A DNA stretch of 64,000 nt from Scyliorhinus canicula (taxonomy: Eukaryota), in NCBI RefSeq assembly GCF_902713615.1, contig NC_052152.1, positions 116,357,773 through 116,421,772 on the forward strand, in the 5' to 3' direction. A program made the translations under genes and the position numbers. Positions 39,866 to 54,028 of the stretch are shown here, piece after piece. The notes beneath the pieces are model-generated. The model did no database searches. It saw nothing but the letters and a program-made list of their open reading frames with translations, and had not been told where the DNA came from. Position 1 is the stretch's first letter, and the number at the start of each line of letters is the position of its first letter.

Positions 39866-41094
39866 AAGGAGAAAGAAATAGATGTATATGCTGTTGGGTC
39901 TAGATGAAGGATTGGAGGAAACTTTCGTGGAGCAGAAATACCTATGCGTTACTGTGCTGTAAATACTACACAACACACTCCACCAAGACATACAGATAGT
40001 TAGTGAAATTTTCTCAAGGTATAACATATAAACATATCAGCTTACACCGTATTTGCCACTGCATCATGGCAATAAAAATGACACCGTCTCCAACCAGGGA
40101 GATATTAAAATAAACAATGTTTTTCCTATTCAAAAGTACAGTACCCCAAATGGACTACCTTGTGCCCAAGTATCTGCAGGTCAAGAATCTTCCTGCTGTC
40201 ACCTGAAGGAAGACCCATGGCAGAAACTCAACTCTTGAGTAGACATTATCCTCGAACGGAGGGACAGCTGCTCTGTGGATCACCCCAAAGCACTTACATA
40301 TTTCTTGGCTTAACCAGTTTGAAATGGTCGTCCACCCGATGAGACTTTTGAGTTATACTTGCACTTTAGTAATGATATGCACCTACATCATAATGGCCCA
40401 ACAGGAAAGTGGCAGCATTAATGCAACCCAAGGCTTATAGGAGATAGAGTAATAAACTGTGACCTCTAGCTCATAATGAAATCAGCTCTCCCAATATAAA
40501 CTTGCGTGATGTCTCCAGCATTTTCTTTCAAATTGGCAAAACAAGATTCAATCTATTGCCACTTTGTTGACAGAGGTTTGAGAGACTTTGGTTGCTGCTT
40601 GATATTGGGCTGTGCCCAAACCCAGGATCTTTGCTTGTAACACTTCACCCAGTCGGCTCCATTTTGATATCTTCATAATTCAACATCTAAAATTATCCTT
40701 TCTTAATTGTCTCACTGCTGAAAGACAGAACTGAAATCTCAGATTAACCTGGGGCCCATCACAACTTGCTCTTTATTCTGTGATGTAAAATGGAGAACAA
40801 ATAGGAAGCTAAGATGCAAGAAAAGGAAAATCGCAGGATAACATCATTCTAGTGCACAATTTGCTACGCTTGGTGAATCATTGGGACATTACACAACAAA
40901 CTTACAATTATACTGTATCTCGTCTCGAGCCACTTTACAGGAGCTTTAATCAAATAAAATTTGACACCAAGCCACATCAGGAAATTTGGGCAGATATCCT
41001 AAAGCTTGGTCAGAGAATGTTTTGTCATAGACCAATCGGACTATGCATTTAATATGAACCTAAAAACATGTTTGGCAGACAGAATAGAAATTAT

Positions 41095-41100
41095 TTTATT
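41095..41100 (-). terminator. Candidate distal LAMP1 polyadenylation signal
   Basis: AATAAA on - strand at the end of ~2.1 kb of repeat-free, U-rich 3' UTR-like sequence; more proximal hexamers at 41561-41566, 42395-42400 and 42899-42904. Confidence 0.5.
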
Positions 41101-43192
41101 GGTGCACAAGTAAGTACAAGTCAGGAAAATTTTCATCTCCAACATCAAACTAGATTACAGAAACAAAAAAACTCAAAAAAGCAAAGTACAAAAAAGGAAT
41201 GGAACAGAGTGCAAACAGGTCAAATCAAGCAAGTCATGTAAAAACTGAGCAACTTGCAATGTTGATGAAAACATTTCTTGTAAAACAAAACAGCTCTAAA
41301 TATGCTGCAGGAAATCATACAAGCATAACTTCAGACTTGATGTAGTTACATGGTCAAGAATGTTTGCCTCCTCCTTCCCAATACAAAGACTTGCTAACCC
41401 GATGCAATCTTAGAAGCTGACTTTCTCCACAACAAATGATCAACACTTGGTAAGTGATTATGCGACAAAAGATTCCCTTTGTTATCCGATCAGGAGAGTT
41501 GGCCAAATGCCTTTAACAGAAGAAGGGAAACCAGCACATAGCCCTTTGAGAAACAAATTCTTTATTAGCACGGTTATAGGCAATGCATACACCTTATGTG
41601 CCAAGTCTTCAGTCAACAGTCCCAAACAAGCTCTTAAGCACGATTGGCAAGCTGAAATTTCTTTATACGGTAAGACATGCCTGAAAAAGTGCAGTCACAA
41701 AAAAACGCACACGGTTTAATTGATTAAAACAAAAAGGGGAGAGTGCCAGCTCCTAACCATTTGCAGAGCACCCAATCGAGATCACCCAAAAGCATAAATC
41801 AACATCTTAAAAATATAACCCAAGAAAAAAGTTAAGTACCATAAACCAGATTTAAAACAGGTGGCCATCAAGTTAAACCAAGCTTAAATTATATTTATAG
41901 TGAGAGCATTGGTGAGAACAGTGCATGCTAAATGCGCTGGGGTAACCTTTAGTCCAACCAAGTTTACAGATCAAAGTTCACACAACACGTATATGAGATG
42001 ACTACCATTTGAACTAGTTTGAACCCTAGATTTGATTCACATTCAGCTGGGTTAATCTATCAGTAATTAGTGAAGCTGTTTCAGGTTTAACACTGATTTA
42101 TACAGAAAAAGCTGCTCACACCCAATGCACTTTGTTTTATATCCATACAATCACTGTGAATGGTAACAACAGTGAAAGGCTACCAAGGTGAGAACAATGT
42201 TATGCTTTTCTTTGCAAAAAGGTCAAACACTGCAACACAATCTACACCAAGGTGTTTTCTTTCTTGAAGGGGGAAAAAATGCCAAGGAGCAGATGACAGT
42301 CCTTTCCTAAAGGTATCATTCCAATGATTAAAGAATACGCAACGCAAATTTAAATCTATAAATGGCAACTATTGTAACTTATTTATAATTGTATTTTATT
42401 AGGGGGGGGGAAAGAGAGAGAAAGAGGATGGGAGCATAATTTGCAAATAGCCTAATTTACAGGCACACGTGTTTGTGTATACATATATACACCCCTATGG
42501 AAAGGTTACCTCTAATTAGCCAAAAAATCACGTTCGCACAACACACCGTTATTTTTGTAAAGCAGGAATTAACACTCGGTTACACAGAAGTGTGAAATGT
42601 TAATTTACTTGCAAACAGTCCTTTTCCCAAGGTGCTCTTGCAGCACAACCTCTGCTAAAAAACTGGTCTCTTTTGGTTGGCTGCACTTTATAATATAAAC
42701 AAGCCCAGCCTCTTTCCCTTGCCCACAGTGCATCTGCTCTTGGGATAAAAGGAACCAGTTGTAGAGCAGAATTGTGAAAGTTGGCACCCGGTTGCCACTC
42801 CCTCACAACCCAAATTAAGTGTGCAAACCTTCCTGGAAACATTGCATTTTCTAATTGGGGTAGGTCTTGGGTTTCAGTTTGCATTTAACTACCATGTATT
42901 TATTTCCCAATTGGGACACCTACCCCAGAGTTGGATGCTGGATTGATTATACCCCATCTTAAGGTCTCGGGGTGGTGGGGCAAAGGCGTATTGGGAAATA
43001 TTTCCGTATATATGATTAAAAACATACAATGTTAGAAGCAAGTTATCAGGCAGAGGACTCCATTTGTCAGTAAACTTTTTTCTCTTAACTCCCTTTAACG
43101 CAGGTCCATGCCCAAGATTCCAGAGAGAATGTGTGTGCATTTCTTTGAAAAAGAATTAGTTACAGAGGTGGAATAGCTAAATCTATGCGAGG

Positions 43193-43332
43193 TTAGATGG
43201 TTTGATATCCAGCGTGGCTCCTCTTCCTTCCAATCAGATAAGCAATCAACACAATCAGCACAAGGCCAGCAAGAGCTGCACCAACAATGATTGGGATCAA
43301 CATATTATCTTTATCCATTTGGCATTCTTCAG
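43193..43332 (-). CDS. LAMP1: LAMP1-type terminal exon 9 (TM helix and GYXXphi sorting tail)
   Basis: taacag|CT..., 140 bp to TAA; [46 protein letters not shown]. Exons 3-9 sum to 1077 nt (359 codons including stop). Confidence 0.95.
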
Positions 43333-43753
43333 CTGTTAAAAAACAAAAAATTAAGAGTTAACAATTAATTGCTTAAAGCTACCTTTAGAACCTTGAATAA
43401 TGCAGAAGACACAAGGTAGCTAAAATGCATGCATTTAGCACCGTGGTCAATGCACCATTCATTTCTATACACCAAGCTAATTGAGGCCATTACAGAATAT
43501 TTTATAGTGCAATTGAACATTTCTGCTACCAACTTAGCATTAAATCTTCATAAAACTATTTGAAGGTCTGCATGACCAAAACGTCTAGGAGATAGTCACT
43601 GAACTACCATGTCTAGGAACACAAAATATGATGTAAAGGGAGAGATACAGAAAGTACACAATTAATTACATACCACTTGCAACACAGCAAGCTGCACTTC
43701 TGTTCACATGATGCAGTCAGCAAAGTATTAACATCTTAAAATTGATAACCTAC

Positions 43754-43924
43754 CAGTTGCATATTTTGAGTCGTTTACTCTGAATGGCTGAACTTGGATC
43801 TCAAATGCATTGATGGAGAAGTTTGGGTTCACCTGCAGTGTTTGCTCAGAACGGCACACATAAGATTTGCCTAAAGTTGTCTGTAGGTAGTTCAGGCTTT
43901 CATTTTTGGCCATAAAAGCCTTCC
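43754..43924 (-). CDS. LAMP1: LAMP1-type exon 8
   Basis: atttag|GG...ACTG|gtaggt, 171 bp; KAFMAKNESLNYLQTTLGKSYVCRSEQTLQVNPNFSINAFEIQVQPFRVNDSKYAT. Confidence 0.92.
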
Positions 43925-45791
43925 CTAAATGTGAAAATCAAAGCAACAAACTTCAGGCTGTTGCAATGTCAAGGGATGCAATAGAAAGTGAAAAATGAAA
44001 ATGTTCCCAGAGTAAACAGTATCAAAGTTATTAATATTAGCCTTCCATTGGGGAAATTGAGGAATGACAACTTATTTCATACCAAGCCTTGTACTGGAGT
44101 TGTTTTGAGATCAGTGACATTGCCATTTTGTTGCCCATTTCTAGTCACCGAGGATATTAGGACTCAAGCACAGAGTGGTGCTAAAGTTACATGTAGGTCA
44201 GATGCCCTGAAATACATTTTGTGAACCAAATTGGGTTTTAAAGTTTATGATTTGTTTTTCCTGGTGCTGATCGACATGTTACCAGAGGTTTACAGAATTC
44301 AATTTTCCAAATGGCCCTGGTGGGATTTTGGAACTAATTTCTGGATTATTTGTCCAGTACCACGTCAATTAAGATACCATCTGAATTATTTCCTCCACAG
44401 TCGACACGTTATAATGATTAGTTTGGATTAAGCAAGAATCTTAAATAGAGGTACAACCTCAATTTAGACCAACATCAAAAAGTAGGAAGATGAAAAATAA
44501 CTAAGTTCAAAATAAAGGTTTCTCACTGCAGATAAATCTTTCCCTGCATACATCTGTTCTTCTTGTACAGTTCAAGAGCCTTCGATTTCTTAAGCGAATC
44601 ACCATTACTCAACCAAAGGAGATAACCTTCCTCATTAAAAAAACCTTTATAAATTTTCAAAACGTTGAACATTAGATCTTTCCTATTTCTGTAATGATAG
44701 TATACTGTCCGCAGTTTCGGTTGCAACTGGAGCTTAACTAATATAGAACATAGAACAGTACAGCACAGAACAGGCCCTTCGGCCCTCGATGTTGTGCCGA
44801 GCAATGATCACCCTACTCAAACCCACGTATCTACCCTATACCCGTAACCCAACACCCCCCCCTTAACCTTACTTTTTTTAGGACACTACGGGCAATTTAG
44901 CATGGCCAATCCATCTAACCCGCACATCTTTGGACTAATATTTTATCATAACTTGTATAAACAGGAGAATAGATTTCAAGTGAAAGGAAGTTACTTTTTA
45001 TAGCTTTATCCTCCTCGGCACACCCTGAATCACATCTTTCCATTGAGGATATTCCTCTAAACACCCCCACAACTCCCCAATATAAATTACCCACTCCTCC
45101 GCAGTAAATTGTACTGTCGCCTGCTTCCTTTTCCATTCACCATAATATAGGTCAAAGTCTGTTACAATCCTCACCATCAGTTTGCCAGTACCCGTGAAAA
45201 GCACAGGAGAATACATATTGGCAGAAGGAATAGGGAAAGGCAAATGGCACAGTTCTAAAGCGGTGTAGGGGCAGCGGAACTTGGAGAATAATCTTAGTAT
45301 GGGGTCGTTAAAAAAAAATATTGAAAGCAAACAAAGATTTTGAACAACATTTTGCTGCTAATTAACAATTATAAACATTGCTAACATAGATGAAACCAGG
45401 AAAGAATAGTGCAGCTAGGACCATGTCCTTGCAGTGTCCTCGTTGCTCAAACACTAGAAATTCAGCAGTGAGCCAAATATGACATCACATCCCTCAATCA
45501 AATTGCAGGACCCAGTTGCAAGTTCTACAAATATTCTCAATAACATTTTGAAACTTCTGAAATTGAGTGACATTGCATATCCATTAATTTAAGATGGATT
45601 AAATAGAAGCCTGGTAGTAACATATCACTGCCCCATTTATAAATATCTTGCCCAATGTTTAAGTGACAGCTCCTTCGAGAAGATTGAGTTTTTCAAATCC
45701 AAATAGCGTACACCTTGGTCAATCTGAATAATAGAAAACTATCTACCATTTTAACTGCACCAGGATGCATTTTCAGAAGGCTGAAACTTAC

Positions 45792-45858
45792 CCCGAGCAG
45801 CAGGCAAATCAATGGAAACGGAGAGCTCCTTCAGATAAAACTTGCTGGTGGTAGCATT
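45792..45858 (-). CDS. LAMP1: LAMP1-type exon 7
   Basis: gttcag|AAT...CGGG|gtaagt, 67 bp; NATTSKFYLKELSVSIDLPAAR. Confidence 0.88.
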
Positions 45859-47092
45859 CTGAACAAAAAAAAGACACCAGATTTCACATGACAAGCTGGG
45901 TATCATTATGCAGTCACATTTGAGTAACAGAGAGCTAGTTCTTTACAAGGCCAGTGGGCATTATTTTGAAAGGGCGTTGCAGAAAATAATAGTAAAGTCA
46001 GCAATTCTTTGCATGACAGAATATTGCCTCAAGTAAGAATATCAATTTAAATGAATAGAACCAGTACAACATCAGTTACAATCCCTCATCCACATAGAAA
46101 GGATAGTGTTGTACATTTAAGACTTAATAGGGCAAGACAATGTTGAGGCAGGCTAACTCAATTTGCCATTTAAAAAATTTTTTTTTTTTTACTGAAGCAT
46201 TTGTAATTTTCACAGTTTTAACAATTTACACGCAACAACATTAAAATAAAATACCAAACCCTACTAACCCCCTGCCCTATCTCCTGACCATCCGTATATT
46301 AAGTTCCCTGTCCTTGTCTTGCACTACCATGCCCCAATTTGTCATTTAAAGGCTCATTTATAATGACTGGAGAAGATTACTTATTCTCGATCCCTTGGTC
46401 TCCAAATTCAATGTATCTATTACATTCCCGTGGACTGAAGTTAAACTCCTGACAACCAATTGAGGGAGGAAATCAGCCGTCAATCTTTACTCAGTTTTAG
46501 ATTTATTCACAGAGTGAAATTTACCAATTTACTGCTAACTATAAAGAGAAAACACTGGAAAATCTCAGCAGGTCGTATTTTTTAATCCCTACCTCTACTC
46601 CCCCACTAGTGTCAATAAGTGTCTCTATGGATAACTACTTGAGCATATTTAATCACCTGTATATACTTAACCCTAATTTATAACCCCCCACCCCCTCTGC
46701 TAAGGACTACATAACTGACAATCCAAAAACTGGAATGGATAACTCAATTATTGTGACTCGGTTTAACTGAATTTGAAAAGTTGTTTTATGACCAAGGATT
46801 CAGGCTGTTTCAGTAGAAGGAGCCAATGGATCTGCAGGTAAATATGATATGTGCAGACCTTATATGATACAGGCCATACAAAGTCCTAAATAGGTTCCTA
46901 GCCTGAAATTAGTTAGTAATTCCTATCGTGGGTGCAGAAGGGGAACTATGATTGTCTCAACAATCTCACAATAGGTAGAAAGTTAATAATTTCTTAATAC
47001 TATCTGATGATTCCAAGTGGGGCTCCAGAATCAGCTGAAGCCAAGGAAGGCCTGAGCTCTAATGCCCCAAAAATTGGTAATGTACGGAAATT

Positions 47093-47395
47093 GGGCGGCA
47101 CTGTAGCACAATGGTTAGCACTGTTACTTCACAGCGCCAGGATCCCAGGTTCAATTCCCAGCTTGGGTCACTGTCTGTGTGGAGTCTGCATGTTCTCCAT
47201 GTCTGCGTGGGTTTCCTCCAGGTGCTCTGGTTTCCTCCCACAAGCCCCGAAAGACGTGCTGTTAGGTGGATTGGACATTCTGAACTCTCCCTCTGTGTAC
47301 CTGACCAGCCACCGGAATGTGGTAACTAGGGGCGTTTCACAGTAACATTATTGCAGTGTTAATGTAAGCCTACTTGTGACAATAAAGATTATTAT
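47093..47395 (+). mobile_element. V-SINE head joined to family-B-type (ATT)n tail
   Basis: GGGCGGCACTGTAGCACAATGGTTAGC head; tail TTTCACAGTAAC..AAGCCTACTTGTGACAATAAAGATTATTAT. Confidence 0.82.
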
Positions 47396-47591
47396 GCTCA
47401 TTTTATGTTCATGCATGAAGAAAGACCAAAGGCAGGTTAACCAAATATAGCACCGTCAATGGAATTTACTCAACTCAAAGCTATCACTTTCACAAGAGGC
47501 AGGGAAATGGGAGAAAACCCCACGGTTTCTTTGAAAAATACAAAATGAATTTGTATAATTTATATATTTAATTCAGAACATCCAAACTCAC

Positions 47592-47714
47592 CACAACAAA
47601 TACAAAATTCAGCTTGGTCGGACCATCTGTCAATTGAAGAGATGCATGATCACTGGTGCAGTTTCCATCTGCACCTGTTGAGTTTGGCTGGATGTTAAAA
47701 ACTTTCAATGCAGT
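47592..47714 (-). CDS. LAMP1: LAMP1-type exon 6
   Basis: tcatag|ACT...GTG|gtgagt, 123 bp; TALKVFNIQPNSTGADGNCTSDHASLQLTDGPTKLNFVFVV. Confidence 0.9.
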
Positions 47715-48200
47715 CTATGAGAAGAAAATAGACACATTCACATTCTACTCTGCAATAATGCAGGTGGTTATTATAATAAGTAACCAAGCACGATTTTACT
47801 TCTTCCATTTTTTTCTCCCAGATAATAACACCCCCCTTCATATGTAATTCCTACATCTCCACCACCATTCTCAACCCTGAGACCACCGTCAAGTCATGGA
47901 TGAGTCATAACCTCTGAACACAAGACCAAAAGCCACCATATCAAACACCACCATAAACCTCAATGCTATTTGTGTGCCTTCCTGATTCAGGATCTGCATA
48001 AGAAAATCTTTTTGCACAACAAAATGAATGAACCACAGCATAACACCATGACCCTGGAGTCTCTAGCAAGGCTGAATCCTCAGGCCAACAGGCACACCTA
48101 AAGCATATTATCAATATTTAAATAGTGCATTTTCCAAGAACTCTGGTTGAAGGACTATTTTAGTTGATGTCGTTAGCCACAGATGTAAAGAGTAGGCTCG

Positions 48201-48385
48201 TGGGCGGCATGTGGCACAGTGGTTAGCACTGGGACTGCTATTGTCCGTGGAGTTTGCACATTCTCTCCATGTCTGCGTGGGTTTCACCCCCACAACCCAA
48301 AGATGTGCAGGTTAGGTGGATTGGCCCTCTAAATGACCCCTTAATTGGAAAAAAAATAATTGGGTATTCTAAATTTATATTAAAG
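48201..48385 (+). mobile_element. Short V-SINE with internal deletion, 14-bp TSD
   Basis: AAAGAGTAGGCTCG at 48187-48200 and 48386-48399. Confidence 0.88.
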
Positions 48386-49645
48386 AAAGAGTAGGCTCGA
48401 TTTCTCAAAACCTACCCAGCCGAGTGCCATTTCTGTTGAGAGCAGAAGCACGAATTTGCCAACAGCAGCAGCTAAGATAGCAAGTGATGTGATGATGCCA
48501 GTCTATCGCCATGGGTAGGTCGAAAGGGAAAACAACTCCCTTGGCTGTTGAAGAGTTGTTTATTACACTTGGCACATGCCAAAGCTCTTTGGAATTTTAC
48601 ATCTGCACAAGCCACCCTTTATGCAAGATTATGTATCAACAAACCTTCAATTGTTACACAGATCAGAGGGGATTTCCATTACTGTCATCTCCCCACCTCC
48701 AAAAAGAATTGTAGATTTGTTTCTATCTCCGACAAGACAAAGGAATGCTCATCAGCCCCACCCGTTCTAGCACCATTACCCTGACAAATTTAATAAAAAT
48801 ATGATTAATATATATTTATTAATATGCCAGAGGATACAGCTCGTGCCTACCACAGTTGTGCATGGCAGTATAGCTCTCACAGGAATAATATCAAACACAG
48901 CTATCTGATTTGGTGAGATAAAACAACAACATGAATTTCAGTACAGTGGCTAAGAAGTGAAATGCTGCATCCTCCGACAGCTTGCACTTGATTCTTAACA
49001 AAGGGCAGTCACTGTAACACTCTTGGTGAACTGGCGCCAATGATCATTTCAGCAACAGAGCTCATCTCTCTACTTGCAGTAGCAGCCACAAGCGTGTCGG
49101 TTCCACTGCCAAGCCCAGCATTTGTTGCCCATTCTCAATTATCCTTGCACTGGGTGTCTTGCGGGTCAATTTCAGAGGGCAGTTAAAAGTCTGACATATG
49201 AACATACGAATTAGGGGTAACTCACTCAGTCCTACAAGCCTGCTCCCCCATTCAATACATCATGGCACATCTGACTGTAAACCTCAACGCCACATTATAA
49301 CTTACCCCTAATAACCTTTCACCCCTTGCTTATAAAGAATCTATTTACCTCTACTTTAAAAATATTCAAAGACTCTGGATGGAATCAATGGAAAAATTTA
49401 TACGCTCAAAATAAATTCCAGCAAAAATGAACAATCGCATATGTTCCCACATTATGGGCACGATGCCTTTGCAGCCTCCTTATGTGCTCTTCACATCTTA
49501 CTTTCCTATCTATCTTTGTCATCAGTAAATTTAGCAACCATGCCATCGGTCTACATTGCTGAGAGTCTGGAGTCACATGTAGGCCAGACCAAGTTATTAA
49601 TGGTGGAACCCTGTTACAATGGCATGCTTTAGTTTGTAAGTGAGA

Positions 49646-49845
49646 GTGCGGCACAGTGGTTAGCACTGTTGTCTCATGGCGCCGGGGTTCGATCCCGGCC
49701 CCGGGCCACTGTCCGTGTGGAATTTGCACATTCTCTCCGTGTCTGCGTGGGTCTCACCCCACAAGCCAAAGGTGTGCAGGGTAGGTGGATTGGCCACGCT
49801 AAATTGCCCCTCACTGGAAAAAAATAATTTGGTACTCTAAATTTA
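49646..49845 (+). mobile_element. Short V-SINE
   Basis: Flanks AGTTTGTAAGTGAGA / AGTTTCCAAGTGAGA. Confidence 0.85.
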
Positions 49846-52178
49846 TTTTTAAAAAGTTTCCAAGTGAGAACAGCTGTTACTAATTGGGGAAAGATTACGG
49901 AATTATGCAAAAGTATGGAAGGAAAAAAAGAGTCCACACCAGTGCTTTGCTGGTTTGTAAATAAGGACTAGACTGTCTCCATGTCAACCTTTACTCAATG
50001 AATGAACACCGAGTTGTAAACACAGCTAAGGAAGGCAGATTCTGATCTCTAAAGACAGTAGTGAACCAGATTGTTTTAGAAAACGACAAATCGATAAGTT
50101 TCATGGTCACCATTTCTGAATTTCCCTTCAAGTCCATTCTTTTATTAGTTCTCATGTCCTAGAGGATTAGTCTGGGCCTCTGGATTGCATTACCTGCCAT
50201 CATCTCCTGTAGGGTTTATACACCCAGCAGCTAAATTCAAGAATGTCATTTTGAGTGTTATAAATGGGATTTAACACAAAACAAAGAAGTTATAATTAGG
50301 CTATAGGTAGCGTACATAGTTTTGGACACTCCATTAGGCACAATTTCAAAGAATTTGGTGAAAATGGTCTGTCTATTTAAGATCTGGAACGGGTTAATTA
50401 TAATTTAAGCTCTCTCTTTAAACCTTCTGTTCAAGACAAAAATTTAATGCGGAATATTCCATACATTATCCTATCTGCTTTGAAAAGGTGGATGATGCCA
50501 CACCATCAGACCAAGATACAGAAACAAAATCTAATTTCCACAGAAACTGAGTAACCACAAAAATATTAAAACAATATTTAGAAAACGAAGACTGAGTCTG
50601 CCACGAGGTTTAAAATGACTTATCTGGACTGTAGTTAAAACAGTCTGCTAAAGCTCAAACAGCAACTCCTTAAAGAATGTATAACCACTGAATAGAAGGT
50701 AATTCAGCCCTTTGAGTCTGTACCAGGACTCTTAAGGGCAACCCAGTTAACACCATTTAATGCCTTTTCCCTTGAATTTTTCTCCTTTGAAATATTTTCA
50801 ATTCCCTTTTGAATGCTGCTTCTACCACCTATCATTCCAAATCCTAACCACTTGTTGCAAAAACAATGTTCCTTTGCCTCTAGTTTTAAAGTGTTACAAA
50901 TTAATACTTACTACTACTGCTCATCAACCTAGATTACATATTTAAATTTGTAGATGCAAGAGTACAAACAACAAAAACATGGCCTTCACAAGTGTTGCTG
51001 CAAAAACTAATGTTAACATGGTGCAAGCAATATTTATCAAATTTAACAGCACTGCTAAATTACACAAATGTTGGTCTGCAATAGATGTGAAGACAATATA
51101 ACGCATTTTAATAAAATGCATGAATCTAAGTTCTGTTCATTAAATAATTAGCTTCAGGCACCTGTAACATAAAAAACATTCCATATTTATACAGCCATTC
51201 CATTCAATCGATGAGCTGAACCCATGAATGCAGATGACAAAACTGTTCCAAAATTACTACATATCATATGCATTCCCAAAAAAGCTGATGATAAAGTCAT
51301 TTGACTAAAAGAGAAATAGTCTCAACAAGTTTATTCTATACATTTACCCTGGAATCTGCTCAAAGCTAATCTACATTAGATCAGTCCATGGAATATTTGA
51401 TTTTATCCAACCAAATTACAGTAAACAGCACGTTAGCCATAGAAGCATAGGTACTGCATTGAGAGGCCATTCAGTCCACCGTGTCTGTTCTGGCAGACCT
51501 AGTCCATCTGCAACTTCGCATCTGATCAGATACTTCCTTCCCAGGGAACATTACCTTGGCTGGATTGCACATATTTTGGGGCCAAAAAAAATGACCCAAA
51601 TCAATCTATATGGTGCACAAACCCAATGAACTCCCTCTGTGCTATAATGACTTTGTATGCAAGCCATGAAATTAGGCAATCCCATGATCGAGTACAGGAC
51701 ACGCTCATCCAAGTGGACTGATGCAGTTGTCCATGCTATGGTGAAATGGGCTTGATTATACGACAATCACTCCGTAGTTTATGGAGTAATTATTTTCAAA
51801 ATTACATATTGGACGCTGAGAGGAGGTTTTCCTTTGTGGGAAAGATTAGAACTGCGGGGCACTGTTTAAAAATAAGATGTGTTCCATTTAAGATAGAGAT
51901 GAGGATATTCTTTCTCTCAGAATTCTCTTCCACAGAGACCAGCCAAGGCTGGGTGATTTGAGTATTTTTAAGATGAATTGGACAGATTCTTGATTGACAA
52001 GAATCAAAGGGTATAGAGGGTAGACAGAAAGATGGGAGTTGAGGTCACATTCAGTTCAGGCAGTGTCTTATTAAATAGCCGAGCAGGCTCAAGGGAAATA
52101 GTGGCCTGTCCCTATGGTAGAACACGGAATTACCTCCTGCGTTATACTACTTCAAATGTAAAGAATCAAATTGATTAC

Positions 52179-52378
52179 CTTATTATCTGGGGTTGCATAC
52201 GTAATGTTGAGCTGTAGTCCCATCTTGGCAAGCAAACAGATTCCTTTGCTATCGGTGACATTATAATTTCCTGTCGTAGGATTCTGAGGTGTTGGAGGTG
52301 CTGCCGTAGTTGGAGTCAGGGTCGTAACCAGCGTTGTTGTAGGTGCAGTTGGAGTCAGATCAGCAGGACATTTTGTTT
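52179..52378 (-). CDS. LAMP1: LAMP1-type exon 5 (Pro/Thr hinge and start of second LAMP domain)
   Basis: ttttag|AA...AAG|gtaatc, 200 bp; ETKCPADLTPTAPTTTLVTTLTPTTAAPPTPQNPTTGNYNVTDSKGICLLAKMGLQLNITYATPDNK. Confidence 0.92.
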
Positions 52379-52489
52379 CTAAAAGTAAAATCGATCTGAT
52401 TATAAATACACGAAAGAAATGTAACTACCGTCAAACATTATTTAGTTGAAAAATTTGATACTTTGTCAAAGCTGAAAATGCTTACTTAC

Positions 52490-52651
52490 CTTTGCTACTG
52501 AAATTATTATTTGGTGGAAAAGCTTCCATTCGAACATGGCTCAAAGTTAGGTTTACATTATTCATGTGCACGGTAGAATCACTTGTACATTTATACGTTG
52601 TATTTATTTTTGCACTGATGTCCATCGACCTTGAAGATTTTATCAAATAAC
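52490..52651 (-). CDS. LAMP1: LAMP1-type exon 4
   Basis: ttccag|GT...AAAG|gtaagt, 162 bp; YLIKSSRSMDISAKINTTYKCTSDSTVHMNNVNLTLSHVRMEAFPPNNNFSSK (VHMNNV is LAMP1-like). Confidence 0.9.
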
Positions 52652-54028
52652 CTGGAAATGTTTTCAAAACAGCAATTTAGAACAAAAAAAAACTTAGTGG
52701 AATCATGAGAAATCATAGAATGTTATCAAAGCCCAATTCAAATTTTCAATCCGCAAGAAAATTAAAAAGGTCACATTATTGAACTTGATTTTGTCCTTCA
52801 ATGGTCCTCATTACACACCTGCAGAATGATTTACATAATTTTTAGTGTGAACATATATAGTCACTTAGAAAACAGGAAATACAAAGGGTAGACATTCAAT
52901 AAGACCATGGTTGATCGGAATGTGACCGTAACTCCACTTTCCTGCCTGCCCCATATAACACTGGACTCCCCAATACATCATAAATCTGTCCAACTAAGCC
53001 TCAAGTACATAAAATACCCTCTGATCTCCAGGGGACAGCATTCCAAAAATTAAACACCCTCAAGAGACAAAATTCCTCTTCAACTCCATCTTAAATAAGA
53101 GACTAATTTTCTGAATGTGTCCCCTAGTTCTAGATTCTCCTACAAGTGAAAACAGCAAACGTACTACAGCATTCTGCAATCTCTCTCCATTTAAATAATA
53201 TTCTGCTTTTTTATTCTTCCCAATAAAGTGGACAGCCTCACATTTTCCCATATTCTACTCCAACTGCCAAATGTTTGCCCACTGTAACCTATCTATATCA
53301 CTTTGCTTAATGATAATATGCTGGCACTGCCTCAGCAGAGCATCTTCCAGTTCACACCATAAACTGCCAAAAGCATTTTATCCAATGATAAGCCACATCC
53401 ACTCCATTACATTTGCCCAAGGTTAATTCTTCAAACAATTCAGTAAGGGTGTCATAATTTACAGATTCCATTCTGTTTTGTAGGCTTGTAATTTATTAAA
53501 TGAAAGCCAACTGGAATATAATTTCTAGCCTTATTTAAGAGATGGTCATGTTTACGGTCCTTTAGCAATTTTCCTTTCCAAAATTTGGAGAATGAATCAA
53601 GTTGTTCTTTCATCCTACGCTTTCCACATGATCATTACTATCAGATTAATGTATATCTGAGTCACCAACAACCCCACCCTATTAAGGTTTTAAAATGTCA
53701 ACACCCACCACTGCTGTGAAAAGACAGCATTTGTGATTGTCAATACACATCTGTCTAATTTAATCAACTTTCATTCTACTGCCTGTTAGCAAAGTGACTG
53801 ATGTTTTGCAATTCCTCCAGCTCAATCAAAATATATTCTACTTTCTCCCCGTTTAAATCTGGATATTTTAGCTTTATACTACTGCCTCAAACACCACTGC
53901 TCTTCCTTTTCCACCTCTATAATCAGTAAATTGCCCATCCTGACCTAGCCATAGGAATGCACCAACCGTTAAAATTGCATTAGACTGTATGATGTCTGAA
54001 GCATCTATAGTTACAGATAATAACTTAC

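Noticed and set aside
36700-43750. LAMP2A/B/C-style alternative terminal exons
   Set aside because: By eye I found only one TM + GYXXphi exon (43193-43332); a TBLASTN with LAMP2 exon 9 variants would be needed to exclude a divergent one
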